In this document: piece after piece, positions 25,001 through 39,800 of the stretch
Layout of the letters: each line of letters starts with the position of its first letter
Position numbering within the stretch: position 1 is the first letter of the stretch
DNA from: Eledone cirrhosa
Lineage: Eukaryota
Assembly: GCA_964016885.1 (NCBI GenBank)
Contig: CAXHJY010000105.1
Coordinates: 248,001 to 312,000 of the forward strand
Length of the DNA stretch: 64,000 nucleotides
Reading direction: 5' to 3'
Translations under genes and position numbers: made by a program
Notes under the pieces: generated by a model
Told to the model about the DNA's origin: nothing
Databases searched by the model: none
What the model saw: only the letters and a program-made list of their open reading frames with translations

Positions 25001-27800
25001 TGTGTGAGGGAGAATGTGTGTATGTAAGAGAGAGAGGGGAAATGTGTGTGAGAGAGAATGTGTGTATGTAAGAGAGAGAGGGGAAATGTGTGTGAGAGAG
25101 AATGTGTGTATGTAAGAGAGAGAGAGGGGAAATGTGTGTGAGAGAGAATGTGTGTATGTAAGAGAGAGAGGGGAAATGTGTGTGAGAGATAATGTGTGTA
25201 TGTAAGAGAGAGAGGGGAAATGTGTGTGAGAGATAATGTGTGTATGTAAGAGAGAGAGAGGAAATGTGTGTGAGAGAGAATGTGTGTATGTAAGAGAGAG
25301 AGGGGAAATGTGTGTGAGAGAGAATGTGTGTATGTAAGAGACAGAGGCAATGTGTGTGAGAGATAATGTGTGTATGTGTGAGAGAGAATGTGTGTTCGTA
25401 AGAGAGGGAGGCAATGTGTGTGAGAGATAATGTGTGTATGTAAGAGACAGAGGCAATGTGTGTGAGAGAGAATGTGTGTATGTAAGAGAGAGAGGCAATG
25501 TCTGTATGTGAGAGAGAGAGACAATGTGTGTGAGAGAGAATGTGTGTATGTAAGAGAGAGAGGCAATGTGTGTGAGAGAGAATGTGTGTATGTAAGAGAG
25601 AGAGAGGGGAAATGTGTATGAGAGAGAATGTGTGTATGTAAGAGAGAGAGGGGCAATGTGTGTGAGAGAGAATGTGTGTATGTAAGAGAGAGAGGGGAAA
25701 TGTGTGTGAGAGAGAATGTGTGTATGTAAGAGAGGGAGGCAATTTGTGTGAGAGAGAATGTGTGTATGTAAGAGAGAGAGGGGAAATGTGTGTGAGAGAG
25801 AATGTGTGTATGTAAGAGAGAGAGGGGAATGTGTGTGTGAGATAATGTGTGTATGTAAGAGAGAGAGGGGAAATGTGTGTGAGAGAGAATGTGTGTATGT
25901 AAGATAGAGAGGGGAAATGTGTGTGAGAGAGAATGTGTGTATGTAAGAGAGAGAGGGGAAATGTGTGTGAGAGATAATGTGTGTATGTAAGAGAGAGAGG
26001 GGAAATGTGTGTGAGAGAGAATGTGTGTATGTAAGAGAGAGAGGGGAAATGTGTGTGAGAGAGAATGTGTGTATGTAAGAGAGAGAGGGGAAATGTGTGT
26101 GAGAGATAATGTGTGTATGTAAGAGAGAGAGGGGAAATGTGTGTGAGAGAGAATGTGTGTATGTAAGAGAGAGAGGGGAATGTGTATGTGAGATAATGTG
26201 TGTATGTAAGAGAGAGAGGGGAAATGTGTGTGAGAGAGAATGTGTTTATGTAAGAGAGAGAGGGGAAATGTGTGTGAGAGAGAATGTGTGTATGTAAGAG
26301 AGAGAGGGGAAATGTGTTTGAGAGAGAATGTGTGTATGTAAGAGAGAGAGGGGAAATGTGTGTGGGAGAGTATGTGTGTATGTAAGAGAGAGAGGCAATG
26401 TGTGTGAGTGATAATGTGTGTATGTGTGAGAGATAATGTGTGTATGTGTGAGAGACAATGTGTGTTCGTAAGAGAGGGAGGCAATGTGTGTGAGAGATAA
26501 TGTGTGTATGTAAGAGAGAGAGGCAATGTGTGTGAGACAGAATGTGTGTATGTAAGAGAGAGAGGCAATGTGTGTATGTAAGAGAGAGAGGCAATGTGTG
26601 TGAGAGAGAATGTGTATATGTAAGAGAGAGAGGCAATGTGTGTGAGAGAGAATGTGTGTATGTAAGAGAGAGAGAGGGGAAATGTGTGTGTGAGATAATG
26701 TGTGTATGTAAGAGAGAGAGAGAGGCAATGTGTGTGTGAGATAATGTGTGTATGTAAGAGAGAGAGAGGAAATGTGTGTGTGAGATAATGTGTGTATGTA
26801 AGAGAGAGAGGCAATGTGTGTGAGAGAAAACGTGTGTATGTAAGAGAGAGAGGGGATGTGTGTGTGAGAGAGAATGTGTGTATGTAAGAGAGAGGGGGGA
26901 AATGTGTGTGAGAGAGAATGTGTGTATGTAAGAGAGAGAGGGGAAATGTGTGTGTGAGATAATGTGTGTATGTAATAGAGAGAGGGGAAATGTGTGTGTT
27001 AGATAATGTGTGTATGTAAGAGAGAGAGGGGAAATGTGTCTGTGAGAGTATGTGTGTATGTAAGGGAGAGAGGCAATGTGTGTGAGTGATAATGTGTGTA
27101 TGTGCGAGAGATAATGTGTGTATGTGTGAGAGACAATGTGTGTTCGTAAGAGAGGGAGGCAATGTGTGTGAGAGATAATGTGTGTATGTAAGAGAGAGAG
27201 GCAATGTGTGTGAGAGAGAATGTGTGTATGTAAGAGAGAGAGGCAATGTGTGTATGTAAGAGAGAGAGGCAATGTGTGTGAGAGAGAATGTGTGTATGTA
27301 AGAGAGAGAGGCAATGTGTGTGAGAGAGAATGTGTGTATGTAACAGAGAGAGAGGGGAAATGTGTGTGAGAGAGAATGTGTGTATGTAAGAGAGAATGCG
27401 GCAATGTGTGTGAGAGATAATGTGTGTTCGTAAGAGAGGGAGGCAATGTGTGTGAGAGAGAATGTGTGTACGTAAGAGAGAGAGGCAATGTATGTATCTG
27501 AGAGAGAGAGGCAATGTGTGTGAGAGATAATGTGTGTATGTAAGAGAGAGAGGCAATGTGTGTGAGAGAGAATGTGTGTACGTAAGAGAGAGAGGCAATG
27601 TGTGTATCTGAGAGAGAGAGGCAATGTGTGTGAGAGATAATGTGTGTATGTAAGAGAGAGAGGCAATGTGTGTGAGAGAGAATGTGTGTATGTAACAGAG
27701 AGAGAGGGGAAATGTGTGTGAGAGTGAATGTGTGTATGTAAGAGAGAGAGGGGCGATGTGTGTGAGAGAGAATGTGTGTATGTAAGAGAGAGAGGGGAAA
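19080..27800 (+). repeat. Non-adjacent duplication of a ~2.8-kb block (~19080-21900 and ~24990-27800), offset 5902 bp
   Basis: Markers GGCAATTTG at 19841/25743 and TGGGAGAGTA at 20461/26363, plus matching ORFs at 20207/26109 and 20640/26542, are all offset by 5902. Confidence 0.88.
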
Positions 27801-30800
27801 TGTGTGTGAGAGATAATGTGTGTATGTAAGAGAGAGAGGGGAAATGTGTGTGAGAGAGAATGTGTGTATGTAAGAGAGAGAGGGGAAATGTGTGTGAGAG
27901 AGAATGTGTGTATGTTATGAGATAGAGGGGAAATGTGTGTGAGATAATGTGTGTATGTAAGAGAGAGAGGCAATGTGTGTTAGAGAGAATGTGTGTATGT
28001 AAGAGAGAGAGGGGAAATGTGTGTGAGAGAGAATGTGTGTATGTAAGAGAGAGAGGGGAAACGTGTGTGAGAGAGAATGTGTGTATGTAAGAGAGAGGGG
28101 CAATGTGTGTGTGAGATAATGTGTGTATGTAAGAGAGAGAGGGGAAATGTGTGTGAGAGAGAATGTGTGTATGTAAGAAAGAGAGGGGAAATGTGTGTGT
28201 GAGATAATTTGTGTATGTAAGAGAGAGAGGCAATGTGTGTGAGAGTGAATGTGTGTATGTAAGAGAGAGAGGGGAAATGTGTGTGAGAGAGAATGTGTGT
28301 ATGTAAGAGAGGAAGGCAATGTGTGTGAGAGAGAATGATTGTATGTAAGAGAGAGAGGGGAAATATGTGTGAGAGAGGATGTGTGTATGTAAGAGAGAGA
28401 GGGGAATGTGTGTGTGAGATAATGTGTGTATGTAAGAGACAGAGGGGAAATGTGTGTGAGAGAGAATGTGTGTATGTAAGAGAGAGAGGGGAAATTTGTG
28501 TGAGAGAGAATGTGTGTATGTAAGAGAGAGAGGGGAAATGTGTGTGAGAGATAATGTGTGTATGTAAGAGAGAGAGGGGAAATGTGTGTGAGAGAGAATG
28601 TGTGTATGTAAGAGAGAGAGCGGAAATGTGTGTGAGAGAGAATGTGTGTATGTAAGAGAGAGAGGGGAAATGTGTGTGAGAGATAATGTGTGTATGTAAG
28701 AGAGAGAGGGGAAATGTGTGTGAGAGAGAATGTCTGTATGTAAGAGAGAGAGGAGAAATGTGTGTGAGATAATGTGTGTATGTAAGAGAGAGAGGGGAAA
28801 TGTGTGTGAGAGATAATGTGTGTATGTAAGAGATAGAGGGGAAATGTGAGTGTGAGAGAATGTGTGTATGTAAGAGAGAGAGGCAATGTGTGTGTGAGAT
28901 AATGTGTGTATTTAAGAGAGAGAGGAGAAATGTGTGTGAGATAATGTGTGTATGTCAGAGAGGGAGGCAATGTGTGTGAGAGAGAATGTGTGTATGTAAG
29001 AGAGAGAGGCAATGTCTGTATGTGAGAGAGAGAGACAATGTGTGTGAGAGAGAATGTGTGTATGTAAGAGAGAGAGGCAATGTGTGTGAGAGAGAATGTG
29101 TGTATGTAAGAGAGAGAGAGGGGAAATGTGTATGAGAGAGAATGTGTGTATGTAAGAGAGAGAGGGGCAATGTGTGTGAGAGAGAATATGTGTATGTAAG
29201 AGAGAGAGGGGAAATGTGTGTGAGAGAGAATGTGTGTATGTAAGAGAGGGAGGCAATGTGTGTGAGAGAGAATGTGTGTATGTAAGAGAGAGAGGGGAAA
29301 TGTGTGTGAGAGAGAATGTGTGTATGTAAGAGAGAGAGGGGAATGTGTGTGTGAGATAATGTGTGTATGTAAGAGAGAGAGGGGAAATGTGTGTGAGAGA
29401 GAATGTGTGTATGTAAGAGAGAGAGGGGAAATATGTGTGACAGAGAATGTGTGTATGTAAGATAGAGAGGGGAAATGTGTGTGAGAGAGAATGTGTGTAT
29501 GTAAGAGAGAGAGGGGAAATGTGTGTGAGAGATAATGTGTGTATGTAAGAGAGAGAGGGGAAATGTGTGTGAGAGAGAATGTGTGTATGTAAGAGAGAGA
29601 GGGGAAATGTGTGTGAGAGAGAATGTGTGTATGTAAGAGAGAGAGGGGAAATGTGTGTGAGAGATAATGTGTGTATGTAAGAGAGAGAGGGGAAATGTGT
29701 GTGAGAGAGAATGTGTGTATGTAAGAGAGAGAGGGGAATGTGTGTGTGAGATAATGTGTGTATGTAAGAGAGAGAGGGGAAATGTGTGTGAGAGAGAATG
29801 TGTTTATGTAAGAGAGAGAGGGGAAATGTGTGTGAGAGAGAATGTGTGTATGTAAGAGAGGGAGGGGAAATGTGTTTGAGAGAGAATGTGTGTATGTAAG
29901 AGAGAGAGGGGAAATGTGTGTGAGAGAGTATGTGTGTATGTAAGAGAGAGAGGCAATGTGTGTGAGTGATAATGTGTGTATGTGTGAGAGATAATGTGTG
30001 TATGTGTGAGAGACAATGTGTGTTCGTAAGAGAGGGAGGCAATGTGTGTGAGAGATAATGTGTGTATGTAAGAGAGAGAGGCAATGTGTGTATGTAAGAG
30101 AGAGAGGCAATGTGTGTGAGAGAGAGGCAATGTGTGTATGTAAGAGAGAGAGGCAATGTGTGTGAGAGACAATGTGTGTATGTAAGAGAGAGAGGCAATG
30201 TGTGTGAGAGAGAATGTGTGTACGTAAGAGAGAGAGAGGGGAAATGTTTGTGTGAGATAATGTGTGTATGTAAGAGAGAGAGAGAGGCAATGTGTGTGTG
30301 AGATAATGTGTGTATGTAAGAGAGAGAGAGGAAATGTGTGTGTGAGATAATGTGTGTATGTAAGAGAGAGAGGCAATGTGTGTGAGAGAAAACGTGTGTA
30401 TGTAAGAGAGAGAGGGGATGTGTGTGTGAGAGAGAATGTGTGTATGTAAGAGAGAGGGGGGAAATGTGTGTGAGAGAGAATGTGTGTATGCAAGAGAGAG
30501 AGGGGAAATGTGTGTGTGAGATAATGTGTGTATGTAAGAGAGAGAGGGGAAATGTGTGTGTGAGATAATGTGTGTATGTAAGAGAGAGAGGGGAAATGTG
30601 TGTGTGAGAGTATGTGTGTATGTAAGGGAGAGAGGCAATGTGTGTGAGTGATAATGTGTGTATGTGTGAGAGATAATGTGTGTATGTGTGAGAGACAATG
30701 TGTGTTCGTAAGAGAGGGAGGCAATGTGTGTGAGAGATAATGTGTGTATGTAAGAGAGAGAGGCAATGTGTGTGAGAGAGAATGTGTGTATGTAAGAGAG

Positions 30801-33800
30801 AGAGGCAATGTGTGTATGTAAGAGAGAGAGGCAATGTGTGTGAGAGAGAATGTGTGTATGTAAGAGAGAGAGGCAATGTGTGTGAGAGAGAATGTGTGTA
30901 TGTAACAGAGAGAGAGGGGAAATGTGTGTGAGAGAGAATGTGTGTATGTAAGAGAGAGAGCGGCAATGTGTGTGATAGATAATGTGTGTATGTAAGAGAG
31001 GGAGGCAATGTGTGTGTGAGATAATGTGTGTATGTAAGAGAGAGAGAGAGGCAATGTGTGTGTGAGATAATGTGTGTATGTAAGAGAGAGAGAGGAAATG
31101 TGTGTATGAGATAATGTGTGTATGTAAGAGAGAGAGGCAATGTGTGTGAGAGAAAACGTGTGTATGTAAGAGAGAGAGGGGAAGTGTGTGTGAGAGAGAA
31201 TGTGAGTATGTCAGAGAGAGAGGCAATGTGTGTGAGAGAGAATGTGTGTATGTAAGAGAGAGGGGGGAAATGTGTGTGAGAGAGAATGTGTGTATGTAAG
31301 AGAGAGAGGGGAAATGTGTGTGTGAGATAATGTGTGTATGTAAGCGAGAGAGGGGAAAAGTGTGTGAGAGAGAATGTGTGTATGAAAGAGAGAGAGGGGA
31401 AATGTGTGTATGAGATAATGTGTGTATGTAAGAGAGAGAGGGGAAATGTGTGTGTGAGATAATGTGTGTATGTAATAGAGAGAGGCAATGTGTGTGAGAG
31501 AGAATGTGTGTATATAAGAGAGAGAGGGGAAATGTGTGTGGAGAGAATGTGTGTATGTAAGAGAGAGAGGGGAAATGTGTGTGCGTGATAATGTGTGTAT
31601 GTAAGAGAGAGAGGGGAAATGTGTGTGAGAGAGAATGTGTGTACGTAAGAGAGAGAGGAAATGTGTGTGTGAGAGAATGTATGTATGTAAGAGAGAGAGG
31701 GGCAATGTGTGTGTGAGATAATGTGTGTATGTAAGAGAGAGAGGGGAAATGTGTGTGAGAGAGAATGTGTGTATGCAAGAGAGAGAGGGGAAATGTGTGT
31801 GAGAGATAATGTGTGTATGTAAGAGAGAGAGGGGAAATGTGTGTGAGAGAGAATGTGTGTATGTAAGAGAGAGAGGGGAAATGTGTGTGAGAGAGAATGT
31901 GTGTATGTAAGAGAGAGAGGGGAAATGTGTGTGAGAGAGAATGTGTGTATGTAAGAGAGAGAGAGGGGAAATGTGTGTGAGAGAGAATGTGTGTATGTAA
32001 GAGAGAGAGGGGAAATGTGTGTGAGAGATAATGTGTGTATGTAAGAGAGAGAGGGGAAATGTGTGTGAGAGATAATGTGTGTATGTAAGAGAGAGAGAGG
32101 AAATGTGTGTGAGAGAGAATGTGTGTATGTAAGAGAGAGAGGAGAAATGTGTGTGAGAGAGAATGTGTGTATGTAAGAGAGAGAGGCAATGTGTGTGAGA
32201 GAGAATGTGTGTATGTAAGAGAGAGAGGGGAAATGTGTGTGAGAGAGAATGTGTGTATGTAAGAGAGAGAGGCAATGTGTGTGAGAGATAATGTGTGTAT
32301 GTGTGAGAGATAATGTGTGTATGTGTGAGAGAGAATGTGTGTTCGTAAGAGAGGGAGGCAATGTGTGTGAGAGATAATGTGTGTATGTAAGAGAGAGAGG
32401 CAATGTGTGTGAGAGAGAATGTGTGTATGTAAGAGAGAGAGGCAATGTGTGTGAGAGAGAATGTGTGTATGTAAGAGAGAGAGAGGGGAAATGTGTGTGA
32501 GAGAGAATGTGTGTATGTAAGAGAGAGAGGGGCGATGTGTGTGAGAGAGAATGTGTGTATGTAAGAGAGAGAGGGGAAATGTGTGTGAGAGAGAATGTGT
32601 GTATGTAAGAGAGAGAGGGGAAATGTGTGTGAGAGAGAATGTGTGTATGTAAGAGAGAGAGGGGAATGTGTGTGTGAGATAATGTGTGTATGTAAGAGAG
32701 AGAGGGGAAATGTGTGTGAGAGAGAATGTGTGTATGTAAGACAGAGAGGGGAAATGTGTGTGAGAGAGAATGTGTGTATGTAAGAGAGAGAGGGGAAATG
32801 TGTGTGAGAGAGAATGTGTGTATGTAAGAGAGAGAGGGGAAATGTGTGTGAGAGATAATGTGTGTATGTAAGAGAGAGAGGGGAAATGTGTGTGAGAGAG
32901 AATGTGTGTATGTAAGAGAGAGAGGGGAAATGTGTGTGAGAGAGAATGTGTGTATGTAAGAGAGAGAGGGGAAATGTGTGTGAGAGAGAATGTGTGTATG
33001 TAAGAGAGAGAGGAGAAATGTGTGTGAGAGAGAATGTGTGTATGTAAGAGAGAGAGGGGAAATGTGTTTCAGAGAGAATGTGTGTATGTAAGAGAGAGAG
33101 GGGAAATGTGTGTGAGAGAGTATGTGTGTATGTAAGAGAGAGAGGCAATGTGTGTGAGTGATAATGTGTGTATGTGTGAGAGATAATGTGTGTATGTGTG
33201 AGAGACAATGTGTGTTCGTAAGAGAGGGAGGCAATGTGTGTGAGAGATAATGTGTGTATGTAAGAGAGAGAGGCAATGTGTGTGAGAGAGAATGTGTGTA
33301 TGTAAGAGAGAGAGGCAATGTGTGTGAGAGAGAATGTGTGTATGTAAGAGAGAGTGGCAATGTGTGTGAGAGAGAATATGTGTATGTAACAGAGAGAGAG
33401 GGGAAATGTGTGTGAGAGAGAATGTGTGTATGTAAGAGAGAGAGCGGCAATGTGTGTGAGAGATAATGTGTGTATGTAAGAGAGGGAGGCAATGTGTGTA
33501 TGTAAGAGAGAGAGAGAGGCAATGTGTGTGTGAGATAATGTGTGTATGTAAGAGAGAGAGAGGAAATGTGTGTTTGAGATAATGTGTGTATGTAAGAGAG
33601 AGAGGCAATGTGTGTGAGAGAAAACGTGTGTATGTAAGAGAGAGAGGGGAAGTGTGTGTGAGAGAATGTGTGTATGTAAGAGAGAGAGGCAATGTGTGTG
33701 AGAGAGAATGTGTGTATGTAAGAGAGAGGGGGGGAAATGTGTGTGAGAGAGAATGTGTGTATGTAAGAGAGAGAGGGGAAATGTGTGTGTGAGATAATGT

Positions 33801-36800
33801 GTGTATGTAATAGAGAGAGGCAATGTGTGTGAGAGAGAATGTGTGTATGTAAGAGAGAGAGGGGAAATGTGTGTGAGAGAGAATGTGTGTATGTAAGAGA
33901 GAGAGGCAATGTGTGTGAGAGAGAATGTGTGTATGTAAGAGAGAGGGGCAATGTGTGTGAGAGAGAATGTGTGTATGTAAGAGAGGGAGGCAATGTGTGT
34001 GAGAGAGAATGTGTGTATGTAAGAGAGAGAGGCAATGTGTGTGAGAGAGAATGTGTGTATGTAAGAGAGAGAGGGGAAATGTGTGTGAGAGATAAAGTGT
34101 GTATGTAAGAGAGAGAGGGGAAATGTGTGTGAGAGATAATGTGTGTATGTAAGAGAGAGAGAGGAAATGTGTGTGAGAGAGAATGTGTGTATGTAAGAGA
34201 GAGAGGAGAAATGTGTGTGAGAGAGAATGTGTGTATGTAAGAGAGAGAGGGGAAATGTGTGTGAGAGAGAATGTGTGTTCGTAAGAGAGGGAGGCAATGT
34301 GTGTGAGAGATAATGTGTGTATGTAAGAGAGAGAGGCAATGTGTGTGAGAGAGAATGTGTGTATGTAAGAGAGAGAGGCAATGTGTGTATCTGAGAGAGA
34401 GAGGCAATGTGTGTGAGAGAGAATGTGTGTATGTAAGAGAGAGAGGCAATGTGTGTGAGAGAGAATGTGTGTATGTAAGAGAGAGAGGGGCGATGTGTGT
34501 GAGAGAGAATGTGTGTATGTAAGAGAGAGAGGGGAAATGTGTGTGAGAGAGAATGTGTGTATGTAAGAGAGAGAGGGGAAATGTGTGTGAGAGAGAATGT
34601 GTGTATGTAAGAGAGAGAGGGGAATGTGTGTGTGAGATAATGTGTGTATGTAAGAGAGAGAGGGGAAATGTGTGTGAGAGAGAATGTGTGTATGTAAGAG
34701 AGAGAGGGGAAATGTGTGTGAGAGAGAATGTGTGTATGTAAGAGAGAGAGGGGAAATGTGTGTGAGAGATAATGTGTGTATGTAAGAGAGAGAGGGGAAA
34801 TGTGTGTGAGAGAGAATGTGTGTATGTAAGAGAGAGAGGGGAAATGTGTGTGAGAGAGAATGTGTGTATGTAAGAGAGAGAGGGGAAATGTGTGTGAGAG
34901 AGAATGTGTGTATGTAAGAGAGAGAGGGGAAATGTGTTTCAGAGAGAATGTGTGTATGTAAGAGAGAGAGGGGAAATGTGTGTGAGAGAGTATGTGTGTA
35001 TGTAAGAGAGAGAGGCAATGTGTGTGAGTGATAATGTGTGTATGTGTGAGAGATAATGTGTGTATGTGTGAGAGACAATGTGTGTTCGTAAGAGAGGGAG
35101 GCAATGTGTGTGAGAGATAATGTGTGTATGTAAGAGAGAGAGGCAATGTGTGTGAGAGAGAATGTGTGTATGTAAGAGAGAGAGGCAATGTGTGTGAGAG
35201 AGAATGTGTGTATGTAAGAGAGAGAGGCAATGTGTGTGAGAGAGAATATGTGTATGTAACAGAGAGAGAGGGGAAATGTGTGTGAGAGAGAATGTGTGTA
35301 TGTAAGAGAGAGAGCGGCAATGTGTGTGAGAGATAATGTGTGTATGTAAGAGAGGGAAGCAATGTGTGTGTGAGATAATGTGTGTATGTAAGAGAGAGAG
35401 AGAGGCAATGTGTGTGTGAGATAATGTGTGTATGTAAGAGAGAGAGAGGAAATGTGTGTTTGAGATAATGTGTGTATGTAAGAGAGAGAGGCAGTGTGTG
35501 TGAGTGAAAACGTGTGTATGTAAGAGAGAGAGGGGAAGTGTGTGTGAGAGAGAATGTGTGTATGTAAGAGAGAGAGGCAATGTGTGTGAGAGAGAATGTG
35601 TGTATGTAAGAGAGAGGGGGGAAATGTGTGTGAGAGAGAATGTGTGTATGTAAGAGAGAGAGGGGAAATGTGTGTGTGAGATAATGTGTGTATGTAATAG
35701 AGAGAGGCAATGTGTGTGAGAGAGAATGTGTGTATGTAAGAGAGAGAGGGGAAATGTGTGTGAGAGAGAGAGGCAATGTGTGTGAGAGAGAATGTGTGTA
35801 TGTAAGAGAGAGGGGCAATGTGTGTGAGAGAGAATGTGTGTATGTAAGAGAGGGAGGCAATGTGTGTGAGAGAGAATGTGTGTATGTAAGAGAGAGAGGC
35901 AATGTGTGTGAGAGAGAATGTGTGTATGTAAGAGAGAGAGGGGAAATGTGTGTGAGAGATAATGTGTGTATGTAAGAGAGAGAGGGGAAATGTGTGTGAG
36001 AGATAATGTGTGTATGTAAGAGAGAGAGGGGAAATGTGTGTGAGAGATAATGTGTGTATGTAAGAGAGAGAGAGGAAATGTGTGTGAGAGGGAATGTGTG
36101 TATGTAAGAGAGAGAGGAGAAATGTGTGTGAGAGATAATGTGTGTATGTAAGAGAGAGAGAGGAAATGTGTGTGAGAGAGAATGTGTGTATGTAAGAGAG
36201 AGAGGCAATGTGTGTGAGAGATAATGTGTGTATGTGTGAGAGAGAATGTGTGTGAGAGAGAATGTGTGTATGTAAGAGAGAGAGGGGAAATGTGTGTGAG
36301 AGAGAATGTGTGTTCGTAAGAGAGGGAGGCAATGTGTGTGAGAGATAATGTGTGTATGTAAGAGAGAGAGGCAATGTGTGTGAGAGAGAATGTGTGTATG
36401 TAAGAGAGAGAGAGGGGAAATGTGTGTGAGAGAGAATGTGTGTATGTAAGAGAGAGAGGGGAAATGTGTGTGAGAGAGAATGTGTGTATGTAAGAGAGGG
36501 AGGCAATGTGTGTGAGAGAGAATGTGTGTATGTAAGAGAGAGAGGGGAAATGTGTGTGAGAGAGAATGTGTGTATGTAAGAGAGAGAGGGGAAATGTGTG
36601 TGAGAGAGAATGTGTGTATGTAAGAGAGAGAGGGGAAATGTGTGTGAGAGAGAATGTGTGTATGTAAGAGAGACAGAGGCAATGTGTGTGTGAGATAATG
36701 TGTGTATGTAAGAGAGAGAGGGGAAATGTGTGTGTGAGAGAATGTGTGTATGTAAGAGAGAGAGGCAATGTGTGTGTGAGATAATGTGTGTATGTAAGAG

Positions 36801-39800
36801 AGAGAGGGGAAATGTGTGTGAGAGAGAATGTGTGTATGTAAGAGAGAGAGGATAAATGTGTGTGAGAGAGAATGTGTGTATGTTATGAGATAGAGGGGAA
36901 ATGTGTGTGAGATGATGTGTGTATGTAAGAGAGAGAGGCAATGTGTGTTTGAGATAATGTGTGTATGTAAGAGAGAGAGGGGAAATGTGTGTGAGAGAGA
37001 ATGTGTGTATGTAAGAGAGAGGGGCAATGTGTGTGTGAGATAATGTGTGTATGTAAGAGAGAGAGGCAATGTGTGTTAGAGAGAATGTGTGTATGTAAGA
37101 GAGAGAGGGGAAATGTGTGTGAGAGAGAATGTGTGTATGTAAGAGAGGGAGGCAATGTGTGTGAGAGAGAATGTGTGTATGTAAGAGAGAGAGGGGAAAT
37201 GTGTGTGAGAGAGAATGTGTGTATGTAAGAGAGAGAGGGGAAATGTGTGTGAGAGAGAATGTGTGTATGTAAGAGAGAGAGGGGAAATGTGTGTGAGAGA
37301 GAATGTGTGTATGTAAGAGAGAGAGCTGAAATGTGTGTGAGAGAGAATGTGTGTATGTAAGAGAGAGAGGGGAAATGTGTGTGAGAGATAATGTGTGTAT
37401 GTAAGAGAGAGAGGGGAAATGTGTGTGAGAGAGAATGTCTGTATGTAAGAGAGAGAGGAGAAATGTGTGTGAGATAATGTGTGTATGTAAGAGAGAGAGG
37501 GGAAATGTGTGTGAGAGGTAATGTGTGTATGTAAGAGATAGAGGGGAAATGTGTGTGTGAGAGAATGTGTGTATGTAAGAGAGAGAGGCAATGTGTGTGT
37601 GAGATAATGTGTGTATGTAAGAGAGAGAGGAGAAATGTGTGTGAGATAATGTGTGTATGTAAGAGAGGGAGGCAATGTGTGTGAGAGAGAATGTGTGTAT
37701 GTAAGAGAGAGAGGCAATGTCTGTATGTGAGAGAGAGAGACAATGTGTGTGAGAGAGAATGTGTGTATGTAAGAGAGAGAGGCAATGTGTGTGAGAGAGA
37801 ATGTGTGTATGTAAGAGAGAGAGAGGGGAATGTGTATGAGAGAGAATGTGTGTATGTAAGAGAGAGAGGGGCAATGTGTGTGAGAGAGAATGTGTGTATG
37901 TAAGAGAGAGAGGGGAAATGTGTGTGAGAGAGAATGTGTGTATGTAAGAGAGAGAGGGCAAATGTGTGTGAGAGAGAATGTGTGTATGTAAGAGAGAGAG
38001 GGGAATGTGTGTGTGAGATAATGTGTGTATGTAAGAGAGAGAGGGGAAATGTGTGTGAGAGAGAATGTGTGTATGTAAGAGAGAGAGGGGAAATGTGTGT
38101 GACAGAGAATGTGTGTATGTAAGATAGAGAGGGGAAATGTGTGTGAGAGAGAATGTGTGTATGTAAGAGAGAGAGGGGAAATGTGTGTGAGAGATAATGT
38201 GTGTATGTAAGAGAGAGAGGGGAAATGTGTGTGAGAGAGAGAGGGGAAATGTGTGTGAGAGAGAATGTGTGTATGTAAGAGAGAGAGGGGAATGTGTGTG
38301 TGAGATAATGTGTGTATGTAAGAGAGAGAGGGGAAATGTGTGTGAGAGAGAATGTGTTTATGTAAGAGAGAGAAGGGAAATGTGTGTGAGAGAGAATGTG
38401 TGTATGTAAGAGAGAGAGGGGAAATGTGTTTGAGAGAGAATGTGTGTATGTAAGAGAGAGAGGGGAAATGTGTGTGAGGGAGTATGTGTGTATGTAAGAG
38501 AGAGAGGCAATGTGTGTGAGTGATAATGTGTGTATGTGTGAGAGATAATATGTGTATGTGTGAGAGACAATGTGTGTTCGTAAGAGAGGGAGGCAATGTG
38601 TGTGAGATAGAATGTGTGTATGTAAGAGAGAGAGGCAATGTGTGTATGTAAGAGAGAGAGGCAATGTGTGTGAGAGAGAATGTGTGTATGTAAGAGAGAG
38701 AGGCAATGTGTGTGAGAGAGAATGTGTGTATGTAAGAGAGAGAGAGGGGAAATGTGTGTGTGAGATAATGTGTGTATGTAAGAGAGAGAGAGGCAATGTG
38801 TGTGTGAGATAATGTGTGTATGTAAGAGAGAGAGAGGAAATGTGTGTGTGAGATAATGTGTGTATGTAAGAGAGAGAGGCAATGTGTGTGAGAGAAAACG
38901 TGTGTATGTAAGAGAGAGAGGGGATGTGTGTGTGAGAGAGAATATGTGTATGTAAGAGAGAGGGGGGAAATGTGTGTGAGAGAGAATGTGTGTATGCAAG
39001 AGAGAGAGGGGAAATGTGTGTGTGAGATAATGTGTGTATGTAAGAGAGAGAGGGGAAATGTGTGTGTGAGATAATGTGTGTATGTAAGAGAGAGAGGGGA
39101 AATGTGTGTGTGAGAGTATGTGTGTATGTAAGGGAGAGAGGCAATGTGTGTGAGTGATAATGTGTGTATGTGTGAGAGATAATGTGTGTATGTGTGAGAG
39201 ACAATGTGTGTTCGTAAGAGAGGGAGGCAATGTGTGTGAGAGATAATGTGTGTATGTAAGAGAGAGAGGCAATGTGTGTGAGAGAGAATGTGTGTATGTA
39301 AGAGAGAGAGGCAATGTGTGTATGTAAGAGAGAGAGGCAATGTGTGTGAGAGAGAATGTGTGTATGTAAGAGAGAGAGGCAATGTGTGTGAGAGAGAATG
39401 TGTGTATGTAACAGAGAGAGAGGGGAAATGTGTGTGAGAGAGAATGTGTTTATGTAAGAGAGAGAGCGGCAATGTGTGTGAGAGATAATGTGTGTATGTA
39501 AGAGAGGGAGGCAATGTGTGTGTGAGATAATGTGTGTATGTAAGAGAGAGAGAGAGGCAATGTGTGTGTGAGATAATGTGTGTATGTACGAGAGAGAGAG
39601 GAAATGTGTGTGTGAGATAATGTGTGTATGTAAGAGAGAGAGGCAATGTGTGTGAGAGAAAACGTGTGTATGTAAGAGAGAGAGCGGAAGTGTGTGTGAG
39701 AGAGAATGTGTGTATGTAAGAGAGAGAGGCAATGTGTGTGAGAGAGAATGTGTGTATGTAAGAGAGAGGGGGGAAATGTGTGTGAGAGAGAATGTGTGTA

